Shown piece after piece: positions 58,816 to 64,000 of a stretch of 64,000 nucleotides of DNA. Within the stretch, counting starts at the first letter, position 1, and every line of letters starts with the position of its first letter. This stretch comes from a bacterium (GTDB lineage: Bacteria > Cyanobacteriota > Vampirovibrionia > Gastranaerophilales > Gastranaerophilaceae). The DNA is taken from NCBI GenBank assembly GCA_017941035.1, contig JAGAXG010000038.1, positions 129 to 64,128 on the forward strand, read 5' to 3'. The notes under the pieces were generated by a model that had not been told where the DNA came from, searched no databases, and saw only the letters and a list, made by a program, of their open reading frames with translations. The translations under genes were made by a program, and so were the position numbers.

Positions 58816-58831
58816 ATGTGATATATCACAT
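58816..58831. promoter_or_regulatory. perfect 16-bp palindrome ATGTGATATATCACAT at the predicted transcription start; candidate XRE operator
   Basis: Read directly. The half-site motif CACATTTA/TAAATGTG recurs at 58793-58800 (inverted), 58827-58834 and 58847-58854. Confidence 0.5.
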
Positions 58832-58867
58832 TTAAAAACATTTATTCACATTTAGGAGGCTCGGGAC

Positions 58868-59968
58868 ATGAAATTAAGAGGATTCACTCTCGCAGAAACA
58901 TTAATCGCACTGGGGATTATCGGAATAATTGCAGCATTGACTTTGCCGACACTGATTACGACAATTTCAAATGTTGTAACAGAAAATCAAAAAGCGGTAT
59001 TCCAAAGAAAACTGTCTAAGGGTGCTGATTTATTGAATATAGATAACGGCATCGGACCATATTATTCTGATACTGAATCATTTGTAAAACGTTTATCTGA
59101 ACATTTAAAGATTGTTACAATTTGTGGTAAAGATAATCTTAAAAATTGTTTGACATATGATACAATTCAACAGAATGGAACAGAACCGTTCAATGTAGAG
59201 GACATTACAACAGATACTTTTACAGGATTAGCTGAAAATAAAGAGTATCTGGATGCTGCAGGATTTGTATTAGGGGATGGTACACCAATGATACTTACAT
59301 ACCAAAAAGATTGTCCTGTATCAGACCCTGATGAAGTAAAGTATTCAGGGAGTAAGAAAAATGCCATATCTAACCATACAAGCTGTATCGCAGGCTTTTA
59401 TGATTTAAACGGAGTTAAAGGACCGAACAAATTTGGTAAAGATATTGTCCCTTTTAATGGCGTCTCAGGTCTAAAAAATACTTGGATATCTTTTGCAGGA
59501 TTTAAGGTCACTACTCCTAAAGTTCCTAATCCTATAAAAACAGCAGATTATTGCGAACAAAACGGTAATAATTGGACATTAAAATCTGATTATAGAACAA
59601 ATTATAATATAAACAGTTGTTGTACTAATTCTGGGTGCAAAACTACAGGTGATTATTGGGCAGGAGCAATGATTGAATGTAAAGATATAGGTGGGCATTT
59701 ACCAACTGAGTCTCAATTAACAACTATTGCATCATATTTATATGATGACGGAAACTTAGCTTCTTATTCTATTAGGATAAATAAATCAAAATTAGGCCCT
59801 CTCGCTGGTTTTGATTTAGAATCCGGCGGAAGTATATATTTGTGGGGTACTAGAGATTCTGGTACTGATTATTACCGTCGCCATTTTGCTCGTAATTATA
59901 CTGATGATGATTATATGGATGTTCGTAAACAGTCATATTTAATGGCGCTTTGTATAAAAGGGGATTAA
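58868..59968 (+). CDS. pilin-like protein (class III signal, GFTLAE) fused to a C-terminal lectin-like domain; paralog of 5178-6404
   Basis: MKLRGFTLAETLIALGIIGIIAALTLPTL with a GGAGG SD upstream. It shares long blocks with 5178-6404. The C-terminal pattern is GDYWAGAMIECKDIGGHLPTESQL ... LMALCIKGD. Confidence 0.82.
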   Translation: MKLRGFTLAETLIALGIIGIIAALTLPTLITTISNVVTENQKAVFQRKLSKGADLLNIDNGIGPYYSDTESFVKRLSEHLKIVTICGKDNLKNCLTYDTIQQNGTEPFNVEDITTDTFTGLAENKEYLDAAGFVLGDGTPMILTYQKDCPVSDPDEVKYSGSKKNAISNHTSCIAGFYDLNGVKGPNKFGKDIVPFNGVSGLKNTWISFAGFKVTTPKVPNPIKTADYCEQNGNNWTLKSDYRTNYNINSCCTNSGCKTTGDYWAGAMIECKDIGGHLPTESQLTTIASYLYDDGNLASYSIRINKSKLGPLAGFDLESGGSIYLWGTRDSGTDYYRRHFARNYTDDDYMDVRKQSYLMALCIKGD

Positions 59969-60024
59969 TTACCACAACGTATTATGAATTTATATCATAA
60001 ATCCTTTATGATATAATCTAAAGT

Positions 60025-62394
60025 ATGGATATCACTTATAAAACAAATAATTCACTTGAATTCGACAAAGTAAAAGAAGAACTTTCAAAATTCGCAAAAT
60101 TTGAGCAGTCCCGAAATCTTTGTCTACGTCTTGTACCTTCAGATAACAAAGAAAAAATAAAACGTCAAATTGAATTTACACGCGAAGCTAAAAAAATTCT
60201 TGATTTGGCAAAAGAAACTCCCGTTGAATTCATTGCAGATGTTGCTAAAATTCAAACTCATTGTGCTATTTCATATCTTGACGAGCAAGAACTCATTGAT
60301 TTAGCTAAAACTATGCGTTCTTCAAGATTGTTAAAAAGATTCATCTCTGATAACAGCGAAGATGATTTTATTATTAAAGAATTAGCTCTAAAACTTTTCT
60401 CTGAGCGCGAAACCGAAGAAAAAATTTTTGAAGTTTTTGACGAGAATTTAAAAATAAAGCAAAATGCCACTCCTGAACTCAAAGGACTTTATTCCTCCCT
60501 TCGCGATACACAGCAAAATTTGAGAGATACGGTTAATTCATTATTAAATAATCCGAATTTTTCGAAATATCTGCAGGATAATATTTACACAGAACGAGAT
60601 GAACGGATTGTTTTTCAAGTTATTGCTTCAAATAAAAACAAAATCCCCGGAATTATTCACGATGTTTCGGCTTCTGCAAAAACTTTTTACATTGAACCTG
60701 CTCAAATTGTTCCTTTAAATAATAAAATTCGAGAAATTAAAGCAAGAATTCATCAGGAATGTATAAAAATTCTTGTCAGCCTGACAGATTTAATAAAAAC
60801 TCACATAAATGAACTTGCTCAAAGCGAAAAAATAATGGCTGAAATAGATTTTCATTTCGTAAAAGCACGCTACGCAGTGAAATTGCAGGCCGTTGAGCCG
60901 GAAATAATTAATGAAAAAGAAATTTATTTTGAAAATATGAAACACCCTTTACTAATTTCTCAAGGATGTAATGTTGTATCAAACGATTTTGAAATAGGGA
61001 AAACATACAATTCTGTAATAATTACGGGCTCAAACACAGGAGGGAAAACCGTAACTTTAAAAACAATAGGACTTTTTATACTTATGGCAAAATCAGGGAT
61101 GTTTCTTCCTTGTACTTATGCAAAACTTTATCCGTTTAAAAAAGTTTTTGCTGACATCGGGGATTCTCAAAGTATTCAAGAAAGTTTGTCCACTTTTTCG
61201 GCACACATGACAAATATTATTGAAATTCTGCATCAAAGTGATGAAGATTCTTTTGTGTTGCTTGATGAAATTTGTGCAGGAACAGACCCTGTTGAAGGCG
61301 CAGTTCTTGCTCAAGGTATTCTCGAAAAATTGGCTCAGAAAAAAGTTACAAATGTCGTTACCACTCATTATGGAGAATTAAAGGCTCTTGAGTATTCTAA
61401 TTCATATTTTAAAAATGCATCAGTTGAGTTTAATACCGAAACACTACAGCCGACATACAAACTTTTAATAGGTATTCCGGGATTGAGCAACGCAATATCA
61501 ATAGCTTCAAATTTAGGTTTGGATAAAGATATAGTTGACAAAGTGAAAACAACAATTATTACACAAAAAGATCCATCTTCTGCTGTTGTAGAAAAACTTC
61601 AGGAAACTCACCAAAAATTGTCAAAAAATCTCGAAAAAGCAGAAGAACTCAAAGAAACTTCTTTATCCATAAAAAAAGAATACGAAGAAAATCTTAATCA
61701 GGTGAAAAAAGACAAGAAAAAAACATTAAAAAATATCAAAAACAAATTTGACACCGAAATGATGACAGCTAGAGCTGAAATCAAAGACATCCTTGATGAA
61801 CTCAGACGCGAAAAATCTGAAAAAATTGCGCGCAGAGCCTATTCCCGTCTCGCAAAACTTGAACAAAATTTCAGACAGGATATTGATGAAGTTTCAGACA
61901 AACATAAATATCTTGAAATTGATTGGGATAAAGTTGTAATAGGCGATTCAGTAATGCTAAAAAATCTTAATCAAAAAGTTACGATTTTATCACTTCCTGA
62001 CAAACATAAACGTTTGACCGTAGATATGGGAAGCATGAAAATGAAAGTCAAAACAGATGAACTAGCCGTCATTGATGAAAATTACAAAGAATCTCCAAAA
62101 ATAAAAATCCCAGGGACTTCCTTTAACAAATTTGAGCTAAAAAAATATTCAATATCGCAAACTCTCGATTTGCGAGGATTTAGAGTTGAAGAAGCTCTTG
62201 ATGAAGTTGAAAACTACCTTGACAAAGCTAGTCTTGCAAATCTGACACCAGTTTATATAATTCACGGTCACGGGACAGGGGCACTTAAACAAGCAGTTAG
62301 AGATTTTTTAAAAACTTCTCCATATGTTGCGAAATACCGTCCCGGAGGAGAAAGTGAAGGCGGGGATGGTATATGTGTTGTAGATTTGAAATAA
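60025..62394 (+). CDS. mutS2: endonuclease MutS2 (MutS domain plus Smr)
   Basis: Walker A GSNTGGKTVTLKT, a coiled-coil region and a C-terminal Smr domain (LDLRGFRVEEAL...IIHGHGTGALK). Confidence 0.93.
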   Translation: MDITYKTNNSLEFDKVKEELSKFAKFEQSRNLCLRLVPSDNKEKIKRQIEFTREAKKILDLAKETPVEFIADVAKIQTHCAISYLDEQELIDLAKTMRSSRLLKRFISDNSEDDFIIKELALKLFSERETEEKIFEVFDENLKIKQNATPELKGLYSSLRDTQQNLRDTVNSLLNNPNFSKYLQDNIYTERDERIVFQVIASNKNKIPGIIHDVSASAKTFYIEPAQIVPLNNKIREIKARIHQECIKILVSLTDLIKTHINELAQSEKIMAEIDFHFVKARYAVKLQAVEPEIINEKEIYFENMKHPLLISQGCNVVSNDFEIGKTYNSVIITGSNTGGKTVTLKTIGLFILMAKSGMFLPCTYAKLYPFKKVFADIGDSQSIQESLSTFSAHMTNIIEILHQSDEDSFVLLDEICAGTDPVEGAVLAQGILEKLAQKKVTNVVTTHYGELKALEYSNSYFKNASVEFNTETLQPTYKLLIGIPGLSNAISIASNLGLDKDIVDKVKTTIITQKDPSSAVVEKLQETHQKLSKNLEKAEELKETSLSIKKEYEENLNQVKKDKKKTLKNIKNKFDTEMMTARAEIKDILDELRREKSEKIARRAYSRLAKLEQNFRQDIDEVSDKHKYLEIDWDKVVIGDSVMLKNLNQKVTILSLPDKHKRLTVDMGSMKMKVKTDELAVIDENYKESPKIKIPGTSFNKFELKKYSISQTLDLRGFRVEEALDEVENYLDKASLANLTPVYIIHGHGTGALKQAVRDFLKTSPYVAKYRPGGESEGGDGICVVDLK

Positions 62395-62444
62395 TAAAAT
62401 AAATATGATATGATGTTAAAAATTAAAAATAATTGGAGAATATA

Positions 62445-63605
62445 ATGAATATAAAAGAATTAAGAGAAAAAAATGAACTTATAAATTTATTTTGTAACAT
62501 AGCAGAAATACCTTCACCTTCAAGAAGAGAGGAACGAGTTTTAGATTGGATTTGCGATTATTGTGAAAACAATAATTTAAAATGCGAACAAGATGATTAC
62601 AAAAATATTTATATTACAGTACCAGCCACTGATGAAACTAAAGAACCAATATTATTATCATCTCACGTCGATGTCATAGGTGATGATTCCCCAATTGAAA
62701 CTTATCTTGAAGGAGATTTGATCAGAGCAAAAGGAAGAACTCTTGGAGCAGATGACAAAGCAGGTGTTGCTAATGCGCTTTATTTCGCAAAATACTTAGC
62801 AAATTCAGATATCAAACATGGCGGACTTGAAATACATTTTACCAGAGATGAAGAAGACGGAATGACAGGTATTAAAAATACCGATTTTAGTAAAATAAAT
62901 TCAAAATACGTTCTTGTATTAGATAGTGATGCATTAGGTCAATGTTTGGTAGCGGGAGCAAGCTATGTAATGGTAGATTTAAAACTAAAAGCTCCAAAAG
63001 GAGGGCACTCTGGAAATGATATCGGTGATAACACAAGAGAAAATTCCGCGAAACTTATTGCCGATTTAGTTTCTGATATGCCTCAAGGTGTTTATTACTC
63101 CGAAGACGGCAAAGTAATAACTTCATGCAACATCGGAGGCATCAAAGCCGGAGATTTGAAAGTTACAAACGTTATTAATACTGATGCGGAAGCAACATAT
63201 TCCATTAGAAGCTCAAATAAGAAGAAAGAAGATGAACTTATTGAAGTGATGAAAGACATTGTTGATGATTTTAACAATGAGTATGAAGGTATCGCTCATG
63301 CTGATATAAATTTCACTGTAAAAATGCCTATGTTTGAAAAAAATGAAGATGAATATTTACCTATATTATTTGAAACAGTTTGTAAAAAAATTGGAATAAC
63401 ACCTGAAATTTCATCATTTCATGCCGGTGCTGAAACTCATATATATGCAAATAAACAAAATGCAAAAGGAGAAACTTTTTCTCCATATTTAATTGGGTTA
63501 GCAACTGTTTGTAATATGCATTCATCTAACGAATACGTTGATTATAAGACTATGATTAAAGGTCAGGAACTTTTACAGGAATTTTTTAAAGCATATAATA
63601 GCTAA
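62445..63605 (+). CDS. M20-family metallopeptidase (peptidase T-like)
   Basis: [16 protein letters not shown] and [11 protein letters not shown] metal-ligand motifs. The ATG at 62445 lies 5 nt after GGAGA. Confidence 0.8.
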   Translation: MNIKELREKNELINLFCNIAEIPSPSRREERVLDWICDYCENNNLKCEQDDYKNIYITVPATDETKEPILLSSHVDVIGDDSPIETYLEGDLIRAKGRTLGADDKAGVANALYFAKYLANSDIKHGGLEIHFTRDEEDGMTGIKNTDFSKINSKYVLVLDSDALGQCLVAGASYVMVDLKLKAPKGGHSGNDIGDNTRENSAKLIADLVSDMPQGVYYSEDGKVITSCNIGGIKAGDLKVTNVINTDAEATYSIRSSNKKKEDELIEVMKDIVDDFNNEYEGIAHADINFTVKMPMFEKNEDEYLPILFETVCKKIGITPEISSFHAGAETHIYANKQNAKGETFSPYLIGLATVCNMHSSNEYVDYKTMIKGQELLQEFFKAYNS

Positions 63606-64000
63606 ATATCCAAACCTGTGAACATTTCTAATGAAGTCACTGTCATTAATACAGGAAAATCTTCAACATTATAGCTTTTTACAAAATCAATGGCTTCGTT
63701 TCTGGCCATTTCAAGAATTTTTGCATCTCTCACTATATCAGAGATAATCAAATCAGGCAGACCGCTCTGTCTGGTGCCTAAAAATTCTCCAGGGCCACGG
63801 AGTTGTAAATCCTTTTCAGCAATTACAAATCCGTCGTTTGTTTGGGTCATAATGCCCAAACGATCAGCTGTTTCAGGCTTCCTTGAAGATGTTAACAGAA
63901 CACAATACGACTGCAAATCACTTCTGCCAACACGTCCTCTTAACTGATGTAACTGAGAAAGACCAAATCTTTCTGCATTTTCAATAATCATAACCGTAGC
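63602..64000 (-). CDS. recG: ATP-dependent DNA helicase RecG, C-terminal part (gene continues past the window end)
   Basis: Helicase motif [14 protein letters not shown] and the RecG C-terminal block [14 protein letters not shown]. The frame is open to position 64000. Confidence 0.85.
   Translation of the reverse strand, partial: ATVMIIENAERFGLSQLHQLRGRVGRSDLQSYCVLLTSSRKPETADRLGIMTQTNDGFVIAEKDLQLRGPGEFLGTRQSGLPDLIISDIVRDAKILEMARNEAIDFVKSYNVEDFPVLMTVTSLEMFTGLDI

Noticed and set aside
1-64000. I looked for CRISPR arrays, rRNA or tRNA genes, and mobile elements (IS, integrase, prophage).
   Set aside because: No regularly spaced direct repeats were seen. No intergenic region is GC-rich or structured enough for a tRNA or rRNA. 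No transposase, integrase or phage-like ORF appears in the six-frame track.

Overview
This is a visibly AT-rich, densely coding chromosomal segment from a diderm bacterium. Most of it is housekeeping: RadA, ClpB, CysK, NadD/YqeK, Fmt/Def, QueE, MlaEF, EF-P, AccBC, FolC, L20/L35, PurB, HemW, MutS2 and a RecG fragment. I saw no rRNA, tRNA, CRISPR array, transposase, integrase or phage genes. The window also holds a compact type IV pilus/T2SS-like operon (PilP-like lipoprotein, secretin, PilB, PilC). Directly downstream on the same strand lies a five-gene flagellar-type export module (FliM/N-like, FliO-like, FliP, FliQ, FliR). Seven full-length genes with a class III (prepilin, FTLAE-type) N-terminus are scattered among the housekeeping genes. 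The lineage cannot be assigned without a database search; the gene content is reminiscent of uncultured gut diderms such as Melainabacteria-like organisms. The most interesting signal is a subfamily of pilin-like proteins fused to a C-terminal lectin-like (DUF1566/C-type-lectin-fold-like) domain. One full-length copy carries a G10 homopolymer at codons 11-14, which looks like a slipped-strand ON/OFF switch. A second full-length copy sits behind a strong promoter with a perfect 16-bp palindrome and a divergent XRE regulator. Two further 5'-truncated copies lacking a pilin N-terminus lie elsewhere, one of them with an in-frame stop. Other items worth a second look are a NifU-like/GGGtGRT bicistron, a FliQ with a long C-terminal extension, an atypical kinase-like protein, a degenerate PurD-like protein, and a 620-aa protein with a UvrD/PcrA-type C-terminal motif. 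All family assignments come from motif recognition by eye and need HMM or BLAST confirmation.
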